64,000 bases of DNA from Octopus vulgaris (lineage: Eukaryota). The notes beneath the pieces were generated by a model. That model was given only the letters and a program-made list of their open reading frames with translations. It was not told the DNA's origin and searched no databases. Below are positions 27,330-44,276 of the stretch, in pieces. Both the position numbers and the translations under genes were made by a program. The stretch spans positions 31,248,001 through 31,312,000 of the forward strand of contig OX597831.1 of the NCBI GenBank assembly GCA_951406725.2, written 5' to 3'. Each line of letters opens with the position of its first letter. Positions within the stretch are counted from its first letter, which is position 1.

Positions 27330-28920
27330 AATTTGTTTTTCAGTTTAGCATACGGCTTCATATCAAGTCACTCCCTTGACAAATCTAGACGCAAAGGATT
27401 CGATCAAGAACTTCAAATAATTCGGCCTATCTCTAATGCTCATTACCAATTTGACAAATATCGACTTCCTGAACGTAACCCTAGACCTGAAAACTGGCAA
27501 GTACCACCCTTACGGGAATCCCAAAATGGAAAATATGCGTAGAAAATTCTTTCACTCCCACCTCCTGGCATAATTAGAAACCTAGTCACAGGCGTAACTA
27601 GAAAAATCTCTAACCTATCAGCGGATAGGCTTCAATAGTGCAGCTCCCATTATAATGAGGCATTAGCGGGAAATAGATTCACTGAGAAATTAGTATAAAT
27701 ACTGAGGATATGTCACCTCCATCTCCGAACCCGATGAGAGTCATAAAGTGAAAAAGGAGCTGGTTCAATCCTCCATTTAACCGAGAAGTTTCAACCAACA
27801 TAGCTTGGAACTTTCAAGTGCTAATTTAGAAACATTTCCTCAGAACCTAAAATTGTTGTAATCTTTTCAACACCCACAACATCAAGGTCAGTTACTCATT
27901 CTTAGACAACATCACATAGCCGTAAATACACATCTACAATGCCTCTAAAACACACCGAACTGTAACTGCCGAAATCTTACCGGCTACTCACTTGGAAGAT
28001 TTTGAATCTTAAGGCTGTGGTCTATAGAATCACCTTCACACCATTCAGTGGCATCATAAGACACTACATGGGCGTGACAACCAATTACTTCAAGTGAAGG
28101 TATACATAGGATATGCGCTTCTTCAGGTGCAAAGATAAAGAAATTTTCATCTATCTATCCCGTTTCTTCCGGAAACACCGTAACCATCGGAATGAATTCC
28201 CCAACATTAAATGGAGTATCATTGACAGGATCCCTCCGAACTCACATGAATCTGCAATTACCAACCCTGCGTCTGCGGGAGACAGCATATATTCTACCAA
28301 TGCGTAGTATCCATAAAAACACACAGAATGGACTATTTTATTGTTGCCACCGGAGGTACGACCTATAAATGAACTGCTAGCCACTGGCAACTGACAATCC
28401 AGATATACCACCTTCAGCCTGAATCCTACATAATTAAGAGCACAGTATTTAATCGCCGCTATCCGCAAAGACTACAGCCCCATCTATGCTAACAATCCAA
28501 TACAGCACCACCAAATTATAATCCAGTTCCACCAAATCTGGTTACTCGTACGGGAAGGTTATTGATGCTACTGTGTTAATTCACCATTAACCCGCGACAA
28601 CACTCTCCTCTGCCATGCGTAGCAGTAAATTCAACCGTACCACACCTTGTAGGTGTTGCGTTGACAGTTACCTACCTATGTCTTGTCAGCCCAAATGAGT
28701 CTAATAATAAATGAAATAATTTATGTCGCTTCCAACCATATAACCTGAGAAGACCAATACAGGCCAAACATCGAGAAGCCATTTTGATTTTGTCTCATAT
28801 CCTCTTCCTCTATCTCCAGATGCCTGATAAATTAGGTTTCTTCTACGAGCCTGGAGCTGAGTCAAGCCCTTATTAAATAATACAGAAGTCGGAAGAAAGA
28901 GAGAGTTACACGCACACATG
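27330..28920 (+). mobile_element. Penelope-like retroelement remnant (RT thumb, GIY-YIG endonuclease, 3' region)
   Basis: Frameshifted motifs FLNVTLDLKTGKYHPY, PPGIIRNL, WFNPPFNREVSTNIA, NIKVSYSFLDNI, CNCR, KAVVYRIT, HYMGVTTNYFK*RY, NIKWSIIDR; ends at (TA)n. Confidence 0.85.
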
Positions 28921-28924
28921 CATA

Positions 28925-28961
<37 letters not shown>

Positions 28962-28964
<3 letters not shown>

Positions 28965-30440
28965 GCATAATTGTGCGTGGTCTGGCGTCGAGCTGGAAAC
29001 AAGGACGTTTCCTAAATGACGTCAGGTCACAATGTTTAGATGTTATTGTTGCTACTGAAACTCGGTTAAAAGGGCCAAGAGATCTTCTCCCGCTTCTGAA
29101 AAGCTACGAGACATTCATTTCGCTAGGTGAGGCGGGGGTGGGATGTAGGTCCTACTTAACAGAAACCGAATTTCAGAGAAAAAGTTTTTCTGATCCAGAA
29201 GGTAGGCTGGCCGTTTTAGACCTGACGTTCAGTTATGATAAGGAAATCAGGCTAGTCGCTGTTTATGCTCCCAATTCGAGTCAGACTGATTATTATTAAG
29301 AGTTAGAGAAGTTTCTAGGCACATCACGTTCATTAGTTGTGTGAGAAGACTTTAACACTATTCTCGATGCATGCGTGGATAGTGTTGGCTCAAATTCTGA
29401 TAGGAGACCTAATATTGGCTTCTGGGATCTACTAAGTCGCTTCCAGCTAGTAGATCCCTACAGACTAGAATTCCCGGACGCTCCATTGTGCACATGATCA
29501 AATAGCGACGGGTCTTCTAGACCTTACATAGCTAAGATTCTTATTAGAAAACTAGATAAAGATATCACCTGGTCAGATACAGCGTCCACAATATCACCTG
29601 GTCAGATACAGCGATCACAAAATGGTCACTTGTAAACTGTACCTAGATAAGATATTTAGTAAGGGTTCCGGCTACTGGAAATTCAATTAGTCCTTTTTGG
29701 CGATTGAGGATTACAGGAGCCGCATTAAGTTATTAATACAGATGGCGTTGGCCGCTTCACTTATTAACTACAAATGGTGGTACACCCTCAAAAGAGCCAT
29801 TAAATTTGAGTCTATTAGATATAGTGCAGTTTTAGTGGCTAGAGGGCGTATGAAGGAAATAGAATTAGTTAAGGCCCTAGAGGAAACCATGAGAACTGGT
29901 GACGCATCTCAGGTGAAGGTGAAGAGACTGGAGTCATACCAGCACCTCGAAGCCAAGCACACGGGGTGTATCGTCAGAGCTAGACATCGAGCAATGGGGA
30001 GAAAGGGAATCAAGGCCGCTTGATAGGCACGTGTTGTGGAGGTTCAACTTTGAAACGATTCTCTAATTCGATCTTTGGTGAATTCGCAAGGTGAGTTGAT
30101 AAACGAACCCGAAGAGATGTGTCGGACTTTTCAGGAGCACTTCGCTCGGATATGACAGACATTACGTACTTCCTCGACGGGCTGCCGCGTCTCTCGGGGA
30201 AAGATGCAGAGAGCTGTGAAGGGTCGATCTCACCTGAGGAGATTATTGAGGCTATGTCGGACTGCGGCGGTGGTAAGGTGCCGGGACTCGATGGTCTTCC
30301 CTACGGGCTATATAAACGTATACCAGACTTGTTCGAGCACGTATTGACTAGCGTTTACGCGAACTGGCAACAGAATGGGTGGTTTCCCAGATATGTGCGC
30401 TGGGGAGTGGTGACGAAGGTCATGAAGAACCCGGACTAGG
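28962..30440 (+). mobile_element. Tx1/L1-group LINE fragment: AP endonuclease to start of RT, pseudogenised
   Basis: VRGL..DVIVATETR, DPEGR, LVAVYAPN, EDFN, SDHKMV, GSGYWKFN, KVPGLDGLP; stops, frameshifts and a short internal duplication near 29562/29591. Confidence 0.92.
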
Positions 30441-30458
30441 GTCCTTCATATGTGCAAA

Positions 30459-30917
30459 AGAGTCAAAGGTTTTTACTTAAAGTCACTTTAAGTAAAAACC
30501 TTTGACTCTACAAAACTGTGTATAAATTCTGTACTTGGAATGACCAGTTTAAAAACTGCTGGATCTCACTCATGATGTATTGGAATCTTACATTGTGTAT
30601 AAGCTCTATATTTGGAATGAACAATTTTAAACTCTGTTGGACTTTACTCATAAAGTATTGGAATCTTACATTCTACCTAAAAAAGTGGATCTATAACTTC
30701 AATATTCCTACATATCCTGAATCTATTTTCTTTCCTCCACCTCACTCTCTATATTGTATCCTTATTGTTAATTATTACTTAACCATCTTCTCACACCGTC
30801 TCCGATGAAGGGATATAATTAATAAATATCCTGGAAACAGCTGTAAGACCTTCTATCTATAAATGTTTTAATATCTACACAGCCTTGGTTTTTTTATCTC
30901 ATTACGCAAAAATTCTG
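30459..30917 (+). mobile_element. ORF-less Penelope-type unit: 5' foldback palindrome, about 78-bp duplication, hammerhead, ending at (TA)n
   Basis: Perfect 25-bp arms 30459-30483 and 30485-30509; diverged tandem duplication about 30515-30672; hammerhead at 30798. Confidence 0.7.
30798..30849 (+). ncRNA. Type I hammerhead ribozyme motif (CCGAUGA core)
   Basis: GUCU-CCGAUGA-A-GGGAUAU(aauuaauaa)AUAUCCU-G-GAAA-CAGCUG-UA-AGAC; palindromic stem III; predicted cut after 30845. Confidence 0.8.
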
Positions 30918-31057
<140 letters not shown>

Positions 31058-31166
31058 CTCTTTCCCTTTCAGAATTACAACTATTAGTGGTTTGCAATTT
31101 AACTGCTCTTTCTAGTGAGTCAGATGTCCTATTATGGTAATCTCTTATGTGTTTAAATGCACACTG

Positions 31167-32469
<1,303 letters not shown>

Positions 32470-32603
32470 TAAGAGAAGGAGAAATCGTTATTAATCTAAA
32501 CAAGTAGTAGAGAAAATGAAATAAAACGGTAGAAATGCATGCAGAATATGTTTGAATTTTAAACTACATATGTGTATGTATATATGTATTATATATATGT
32601 GTG

Positions 32604-32669
<66 letters not shown>

Positions 32670-34071
32670 CATGCATATACACACACATATATACATACAT
32701 ATACATATATACATACATACATACACACATACATACATACACACATACATACATACATACATACATACATACATACATACATACATACATACATACATAC
32801 ATACATACATACATACATACATACATACATACATACACTTCTCAGTCGGTTTCACGCTTGATTTTCAAGAGCGTATGGTATGTGGAGCTGTGTCGCAAAT
32901 TATTTCTCATGGCCGTTGTTGTAAAGATAGTTTATTATCAACATATATAATTTCCTTTAAGCTACATTAAAACCTACATTTTTATATATCATAAGAACCG
33001 GCGATAATTCCTGAATTCTTATAATATCTAATAGCGCTACTTGGTTTTAAAAACAAATGTCTAAAGTGTATATTAATATTTAAGTTAAACTTTATCATCA
33101 GAACACATTTTTTCTTCCTATTTTACCGTTCTTTCTCCATTCGATAATAATCGTTAAAAGATAAATCTATAAAACCATCATCGAATTTTCTTCTTATATC
33201 TGTTCTTGATTTGTCTGTGAACTCTTGAATATTCTGTCTTTCCTTTCTTCAGTTCTTCAGGTTTATTCGTAATGGCTGACCTTAAAGTGGACAGTGCCAC
33301 CTAGGATAATGTATCATTTACATTATAACTTCAACTTCGAACTGAAGACGCCAATGGTTATGGTTCCATGAAACATTGGTTCTCTCTTTTAAAGCAAAAT
33401 TCCATTATGGAAGCCTCGAAAGCACAATAGTTATCATGGATTCTCTAAACCCGCTGGCAGTAGCAAAACCGCCTCTAAACCTAAAGTATAATAACTGATG
33501 ATTGCTTCATAGACAGAACAGATTTTTCAGTCGTTCTTCCCTCCATCTATCACTATTCTATCCCTCCTTACAGGTTAAGTAAATTGCTTGACCCGAATAC
33601 AAGCAAATACTGGTCTTCTGTCTCAAACAACGCTATTCGGAACAATTGCAAATAAGAAATGAGAAAGAAGACAGAAAATTTGGAATATACTTGACGTGAA
33701 GTAGTTGAAGATACAAAGAAAATATATTGAATAAATAAAATGAAATGTCTAAATGGTATAAAGAATTGCATTCCTTTCTTAAACGTTGAGTGATTTGCAG
33801 CGAAACTAAGATAGAATTTGATTAAATGATTTCAATTCAAAGTTTTATTAAAATTCTTGGCTACGAAAACTTTTTGTAAAAGAACAGCGTTATTGCAAAG
33901 AACTAAGGTATATTGGTGGTTGATGAAAGAGGTTGCTTCGAAGTAGCAACTATGTTTATAAACATCATTACAATGCTGATTCCGCCATCATTGCAGCTAT
34001 AATCATAGTTTTAGACTTAGTGGTACTGTTCACTCACTGACTGCAAACCCCGATGCTACCTAACCCATCAC

Positions 34072-34672
34072 AAGGCGGCGAGCTGGCAGAATCGTTAGCA
34101 CGCTGGGCGAAATGCGTAACCGTATTTCGTCTGCCGCTACGTTCTGAGTTCAAATTCCGCCGAGGTTGACTTTGCATTTCATCATTTCGGGCTCGATTAA
34201 ATAAGTATCAGTTACGCACTGGGGTCGATATAATCGACTTAATCCGTCTGTCTGCCCTTGTTTGTCCTCTCTATGTTTAGCTCCTTGTGGGTAGTAAAGA
34301 AATAGGTGTTTCGTCTGCCGCTACGTTCTGAGTTCAAATTCCGCCGAGGTCGACTTTGCTTTTCATCCTTTCGGGGTCGATTAAATAAGTACCAGTTACG
34401 CACTGGGGTCGATATAATCGACTTAATCCGTTTGTCTGTCCTTGCTTGTCCTCTCTGTGTTTAGCCCCTTGTGGGTAGTAATGGAATAGGTGTTTCGTCT
34501 GCCGCTACGTTCTGAGTTCAAATTCCGCCGAGGTAGACTTTGCCGTTCATCCTTTCGGGGTCGATTAAATAAGTACTAGTTACGCACTGGGGTCGATATA
34601 ATCGACTTAATCCGTTTGTCTTTCCTTGTTTGTCCTCTCTGTGTTTAGCCCCTTGTGGGTAGTAAAGAAATA
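34072..34672 (+). mobile_element. SINE-B head-to-tail trimer with a single diverged 17-bp TSD
   Basis: Units 2 and 3 start at GGTGTTTCGTCTGCC (about 34305, 34489); GCTACCTAACCCATCAC (34055) and GCTACCTAGCTCACCAC (34673). Confidence 0.9.
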
Positions 34673-34704
34673 GCTACCTAGCTCACCACTACTGTAGCTA
34701 CATT

Positions 34705-35100
34705 CTTTTACCTGCTTCAGTCGTTGGACTGTGGCCATGCTAGGGCACCACGTTCAAGGATTTCGCCGGAACAGTACGTATCACTTTTTAAACCTGGTAC
34801 TTATTCTCTCGGTCACTTTTCTCTAACCGCTAAGTTACGGCGACGTAAACAAACCAACACAGGTTGTCAAGCAGTGGTGTGGGACAGGGTACAAACTCAA
34901 AGATACACACACACACACACACACACATACATATGTATACGTACCAACACACACATATGCGATGGGTTTCTTTCAGTTTCTATATATCAAATTCACTCAA
35001 AGGCTTAGGTCAACCCGTGGCTATAGTAGAAGACACTTGCCCAAGGTGCAACGCAGTGGGACTGAACACGGAATTATATGATTGGGGAGCAAACTTCTTA
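34705..35100 (-). mobile_element. SINE family A, diverged
   Basis: Homologous to 5382-5785. Confidence 0.85.
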
Positions 35101-35169
35101 TCTCAGACCCTCACCTGCATCCACACAACTGAAGATGTTCTATTCATCACTACAACTATTGCAACAATG

Positions 35170-35795
35170 GAGGAAGCTGAAGAACAGGGGGAAGAGGAAA
35201 AGGAAAAGAGGAACTGGAACAGGAAAAACAGGAAGAAGAAGAAGAAGAAGAAGAAGAAGAAGAAGGAGGAGGAGGAGGAGGAGGAGGCGAAGAAGAAGAA
35301 AAAGAAGAAGAAGAAGAAGAAGAAGAAGAAGGTTGAACGTGAAAAGGAAAAGGAGGAAGAAGAGGAGGAAAAACGAAGAAAGGAGTGAGGAGGAGGGATG
35401 GAAGCGGAGGGGGTAAAAGAGGAGGAGGAAGATGGAAGAGGAGGGGGTGGAAGAGGAGGGGTGGAAGAGAAGGAGGAGGATGAGGGTGGAAGAAGAGGAG
35501 GAGGAGGAGGGTGGAAGAAGAGGAGGGGTGGAAGAGGAGGAGAAGGAGTAGGAGGAAAAGAGAAAGAGGAGGAGGAAAGGAGGAAGAGGTGGTGGTGGTG
35601 GTGTTGTAAGAGCTGATTTTGTTGATGGTGGTGGTGCGGCCGCTTCTGGTCATGTTGTGGTGTGGTGATGGTAATTAGTGGTGTTAACTATTTTTGTGTT
35701 AACGGTGGTGGTGATGGTCGTCGTCGTCGTGTTTTGATTATGTAGACTGCGATATTAGTAGTGATGCTTAATGGTGGTGGTGGTGGTGGTGGTAT
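35170..35795. repeat. Purine-rich (GAA/GGA)n followed by (GGT)n low-complexity region
   Basis: Directly visible. Confidence 0.9.
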
Positions 35796-36239
35796 ACTCT
35801 ATTTTTCACCTCAATTCAATGTAATTAACGTTGATTACTAATTGCTGGAATCGAAACCACGGCCATAAATAACTAGGTGTCAGCGTAATAATATACGGCA
35901 ATAGATAGAGCAATTATATTAGTGTTGCACTGTGCAACGTAATGAAGCAAACCAACTGTGTGGGCGGAGGTTATTCTATGTGCTAAAAATAGCTGTTAAA
36001 TCTACTTTAATTACGTGGTGCATTTCAGAAATTTTGAGACTTTTTTTAGGAGATGCAGTTATAACTGTCGCAGATTATTGTAATTGTAGTATATCATTAC
36101 TATACATCTTAGCTGACCAGATAGTTTTTGTTATTCTTGGTTGAGGGAGACGGTTGTAGCAGGATTTTGAACACATCCTACTAAATACTGCTTGTTACAG
36201 AATGCTGTTAGGACGTTTGGAAGCTCTGCTATGCAATAA

Positions 36240-36553
36240 AACGATAAACGTCGCCCTTTTCAAGCCTAGCTAGGCTCATGGGCCTGGTTTCCCGGTTTCT
36301 GTGGCGTATGTGCTATCCCCCAGCTGGACAGGACGCCAGTCCATCGCAGCATTACTCAAGAAACAGGAAGAGAGAGTGAGAGAAAGTTGGGGCGAAAGAG
36401 TACAACAGGGGTCACCACCACCCCTGCCGGAGACTCGTGGAGCTTTAGGTGTTTTTACTCAATAAACACACACAATGCCCGGTCTAGGAATCGAAACCGC
36501 GACCCTCCGACCGCGAGTCTTCTGCCCTAACCACTTGGCCATTGCGCCTCCAC
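36240..36553 (-). mobile_element. tRNA-derived SINE family D (V-SINE-like core) with 11-bp TSD
   Basis: Minus head GGAGGCGCAATGGCCAAGTGGTTAGGG...GGTTTCGATTCC; core GCGATGGACTGGCGTCCTGTCCAG; GCTATGCAATA at 36228 and 36554. Confidence 0.88.
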
Positions 36554-36699
36554 GCTATGCAATAGAGTTTAGTGTTAAACATGGCAAAAAAAACTACAAA
36601 AACTTATGGCATATTCTAAACTGCTTATAGATTAACTTTTTCATTGGCACGAGAGGTTCAAAGACAGAGAGGTGAGATACGTTGAGAAGTGTTGGAGGG

Positions 36700-36960
36700 A
36701 GATGGACGTCAGAACATCAGAATTGGCTTTTGTTCCCCAACCAAAAGTCCCATGGAGAACAAGACCCTAAGGGGCAGTCGTTTTGAAGATGAAAGATGCT
36801 GTGATAAAGGTTTTGGATACCTTCATATTCATACTGTGGTGTCTAAGAATATGGACACCTTCATGTGGTGTCCATATTCTTGAACACCACAGAGCCGTCA
36901 CGAAGAGGCTAGGGTGCTACAAATGTACTGAAGTCCGAGGATCATGCTTTGAGATTAAAG
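36700..36960 (+). mobile_element. Possible decayed mariner C-terminal remnant
   Basis: LRGSRFED..MKDAVIKVLDT resembles the region after the mariner catalytic triad; weak. Confidence 0.35.
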
Positions 36961-37382
36961 CAGTAGTTTGCAACCAGTTCATACTCTTGGACTGTTTTGG
37001 TTCCTATTTTACTAAGATGGAGGCTCATTGCAATTCGATGTTTAAGAAAATCCTATTTTATTTTAATAATAAAAATATCATAAGGAATAATATTAAAAAA
37101 CTGTTAAAACATTTTGTGTATTGTAAAAACAGCCAATTTATTGCACATAAATTTTAGCGACAGAATCTTGTATGGTCGCTCAAGAATCATCTGGATCCCT
37201 GCTGAGGATGACTGGGTTAAAGTTTTGTGCTTCTTTCAACTGGAATACATCTCGTACATTCTACTATTAAGAAACTGTAATGGAATTTTGTAATGTAATG
37301 TATTTGTTAGCATATGCGATACATTTTTTCAAAACATAAATATCGTTAAAAATCACCTCGTGTCCTAATTGCGAATTGGACC

Positions 37383-37620
37383 TACGAGGGTAGGCTGAAA
37401 AGTTCATAGGCTGACTGTAACGGAGTGATGTTAAAGCATGCATTAATTTCAACTCTCCTTATTGATAATTGCATTGTTTTTTTTTGTTTTTTTTTTTTTC
37501 AGGTAAACTGACATCTGACTGTTCAAAGAGTCCAAAAGTAAGTGGTAGCGACTTCGCTTGAAAATGGATAAAATTTGGCAGCGTGCTGTCATCAAGTATC
37601 TACAGAAAAAAGCTAATAGC
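37383..37620 (+). mobile_element. Mariner 5' end (TIR plus N-terminal codons)
   Basis: TA-CGAGGGTAGGCTGAAAAGTTC terminal repeat-like start; MDKIWQRAVIKYLQKK at 37563. Confidence 0.65.
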
Positions 37621-38273
37621 TACAACACATTTAATCGTAGGTTTGCGCAACAGGGGTTGACTAGCGTGAGCCAATAACAACATCGACAGTAACAAATCGT
37701 TTAAACAGGATGTGACATTTTTGCCTCTCATTTTTGTTACTTTTATTTCATCTTATATTCATTTTTTTACTTTTATTTTATATTTTTGTTTATCTCGTCT
37801 CATTCTTTTACGTCATCTTTAGTCAATTATTTTTGTTTTCTGTTTTATTTGTCCAGTTCCCTCTTCTTACGCAACTCCGTCTTCTACCCCGCCCCAGGCC
37901 CTATTTTATTATTTAATTCATTTTTTCTTTTGGTCGTTTGTATGCATTGGTGGGAGTACTATCACAGAAGTCTAATAGATGCATATGTCAGTTGTATTCC
38001 ACTTGACAGGAAGTGTTTATATTTGTTATTGCTGTTATCGTTGTGGTCGATGATGTTATTGTTGTTATTGGTGCTTAGCTCCTCATCATTCCCTGTCGAG
38101 CAGACATTATCAAAGTCATGTTTATCCAATGCATCTTGTTTTAAGGATACCTTTTTAAGGGTGTGTTTTGTAGATAATTTGACTGCTATTTCTCGCTGGT
38201 TGTGAAACCACGTTGGTTTGTGTGTGTGTGTGTACATGTGTGTGTGTGTGTGTGTTGTGTGTGTGTGTGTGTC

Positions 38274-39626
<1,353 letters not shown>

Positions 39627-40149
39627 TGTGTGAGCGTGTCTGTATTGATATATATATATATATATATATATATGTATACACACACATACATAGGTAAATA
39701 GACAGACGGACAGACATATTGTATGTATATAAGAATATATGTATGTATGTATATATGTATGTATGTATGTATGTGTTTATGTATGTATGCATGTATCTAC
39801 TTGTATGCATATATGAGACTTAAACTGAAAATAATGCAAAAGTAGACATAATTTTTTTCATTAAGTGACATGGGTCATTCAGTTTTCAAGTTGACAGAGT
39901 AACTCGTTTTAAACAGTAACTCATCTTGTTCTTTATTGCGATCAAATAATGAGTTCCAAGCAAAAACAACGTGCCGTCATTGAGTTCTCGACGATACAGA
40001 TGGCAAGCTATCCGACGTCTACAGAAGGCTATAGGTTGTTTACTGAGATGATACCATTAACGGCTGATAGAAATCGCCAATAGGTGGGCGAATTGATTCA
40101 CACGGACAGACAAGTCACAATACGTGTGCTTGCTGCACAACTAGACTTC

Positions 40150-41620
40150 GATCACAATGCGTTACATAATAAGTTGGAATATTTTGGATATTAGAAAGTG
40201 TACTCAAAGTGAGTCCTTCAGCAGCTGGAAACAAAACTTGATAGTATCTGTCAAAGGTCTGAAATTTTCAAGAGGTAGCTATCGTACAGAGTGTCATAGT
40301 GACTGTTTTGAAGGTGACAAGTGCGTCATTCCACTTGACTTTCTGGAACGCGGCTCTACCGTGAAAAGCGAACAGTGAGACACTCAAAAATCTTAGAGCT
40401 AACACTAGGAGAGAGAAAGCCAACAAGAATCTAAAATGATAATCGGCTTTCATTTGTCACTTCCGATGGCAAATGAAAAGCGACCTGTCAACCACAATGA
40501 CATGGATTAAACATTTTGTCTGAACACTGCAACTTTCAAGATTTGTTATTGCCAGTTACTGCCTGTCATTATCAGATAACAGATAGAATCTAAATGGTCT
40601 TTTCTCCAGAGCCATAACACATCACTCATCTCGTAAGTAGACAAGGGGCACTTTCTTTAGCAAACAGCTTCGTTGAACTGAGAGACACTTCGGTCTACAA
40701 GATTTTATGATATTAAAATATATTTCAACATTCAAATTTTTAACGTTCAATCACTAAATTCCAAGTCGGAAATCTGTGAGATCACTGCATTGTCAGACAG
40801 TAATGCGTTGGAATCAAATCTGTTGAACGACCTCAAAATACAACGCAAAATACAACGCAATATCAAAGTTTGATGCTAATGAATGTAATAAAAAACAGAC
40901 TAAATGAACAAATACTAAAATATTAAGGAGAAGAAAGGTTTCTTTAGGGAGCGTTTACCGAACAATGCATTAGATGAAAAATCGTTATTTGTAATGTGTA
41001 CAGTGAGATCTGAAACGATGATTTGCATATTTATCATTAATGCATTTCAGCAGAATCAAATGCAAATATACTTGTCGCTGTTGTATGCGTCACAACTCAA
41101 CAAATTCTCCCTTTTGCAACGACACTGAGTTAAAAAAAAACACTTGGCTCATTGGCGCTGTTAATTCTGAGACACCGGTGTTACGACATGTTGCGTCTCG
41201 TCAGCTCGAATTATTCATGCATACACAGCGCAAATAGCAATAGTTTTATCGGTTGGCAGATATAAGCGATGAGCATCGAACAGTCTTTTCGATGAAATTA
41301 TGAGCAAAGCCAGTGACTTGTTTAAGTTCCATGGTACTGCAACTTCGGCCTGACAAGATTTAACATGCCGTGCGTTACGAACTCATTGTCGGCGAAAAAG
41401 GGAGTTGTTTCTGGTGACGTATGCAACAACAACTAGCATGTTTGCGTTTGAATCTGCTGAAGCGTAATGTCTGAGATTTGTGGGACACTGTACTAGTATA
41501 TAGACGGTAGGCATTACTATAGGAACCTGTACATTGTATAAGAAGCGGCAAGCCTTGTTGAATATATGTTCAAGATTTGTAGGAGGCGATTGATCAGTGG
41601 GATGCAAGTACATACACATA
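40150..41620 (+). mobile_element. Very old LINE remnant (possibly RTE-type APE-RT)
   Basis: Scattered motif ghosts (ISWNI, DH.IV, DL*EAID) in the expected order; heavily decayed. Confidence 0.35.
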
Positions 41621-41811
41621 CATCGCCGGATTACTCATTTTTGCCAGGTGAGTGAACTGGAGCAACGTGAAATGAAGTGTTTTACTCAAGAACATAATGC
41701 ATGGTCCGGTCCAGGAATCGAAACTATAATCTTATTAATTTCAGTGCAACACCAGTAAGCCACAGCCCGTCATATATATATACATATATATATTCATATG
41801 TATATATACAG

Positions 41812-41868
<57 letters not shown>

Positions 41869-41890
41869 CATATTTATAAATATATTATAA

Positions 41891-41924
<34 letters not shown>

Positions 41925-41925
41925 A

Positions 41926-42350
41926 TACCGGAGTAAACACATAAATGTGAAACAAGGTGGAAAAAAGAGTACTCAAATACCAGGGTTAGAGTAATATGCT
42001 TTATTTAAAAGCAGCAGAAATTTAACAAAACCTGTTACTCGGAGTTTCACGTTCCCGTTCGTCGGACAGTTTTGTGAACGTGAAACTCAGAGTAACAGGT
42101 TTTGTTGAATTTCTGCTGCTTTTTACTGTCTTCAAAAAATTTTTTTTTTCGTTTCATGTTCGTCTCTGTTGCGTTGCATTCTTTCCTTCTGGGGCTGGCC
42201 GATTCAGAGCAGATCTCAGGATTAAACAGCCGAAATCTGCGATGAGGAATCGGTTTCTGACTAAAGAACGAAGGCTTTGAATGACCCGTCTGTCTCTTAT
42301 GTTCGTCCCTTCGTGTATTTCACGTTATTTATATATGTAAATGTTTATTA
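41926..42350. mobile_element. Composite Penelope-type terminal repeats with a 48-bp inverted repeat, between (TG/TA)n tracts
   Basis: Arms 42007-42054 and 42076-42123 (2 mismatches); intact hammerhead on minus, degenerate one on plus (about 42183-42249). Confidence 0.75.
42032..42069 (-). ncRNA. Minimal type I hammerhead ribozyme motif (CCGACGA core)
   Basis: Minus strand: CUGU-CCGACGA-ACG(ggaa)CGU-GAAA-CUCCGAG-UA-ACAG; all three stems pair; GUA triplet. Confidence 0.85.
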
Positions 42351-42904
42351 TATATATATATATATATGAAGGTCGCTAACTTTCTTATACATGCTTTCTT
42401 CTCTCTTCATTCACTCGTCTCGTCGCGTGTGTGTGTGTTTGTTTGTTTGCATGCTTATGTGCGCGCGTGTGTGTGTGACTGCGTGTGACTGCCCGTCGAG
42501 TATGAAATCCATCAATCTGCACGTGTAAGCTGAAATAATAGAGAAAAACGAGCGGGAAGCGAAATGGCCCGGAACATCGTCAGGTGAAAAAGCAGATGGC
42601 TGAAAAAGGGGCACCACGCTAAGACATCTTCATCGGTGTATGAAACCGAAGCATCAAACGTGTGTTACTTATGGAATCTTTTTTTTTTTTTTCTTTTAGT
42701 CTCATTATCTTCGACACTGCTGCGTAGAAGGACTTTTAACAAGACTTGAGTCCTATAACAAAACATATATTCCGCCGGAAGCGAAAGAGTCTCTCGTTTA
42801 ATTCATATTACATCCATCAAAGACTCCTTCGACAAACAGACAGACAAACGCAGTGGGGCTGAGCAAGTATAACATATAAGAGACTTGGAAGTTTATGTAA
42901 TGTA

Positions 42905-44276
<1,372 letters not shown>

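Noticed and set aside
28740-28780. Hammerhead in the Penelope remnant 3' region (also 42183-42249 and 44036-44095)
   Set aside because: Only ghost matches with multiple core changes; counted as possible decayed motifs, not called as features.
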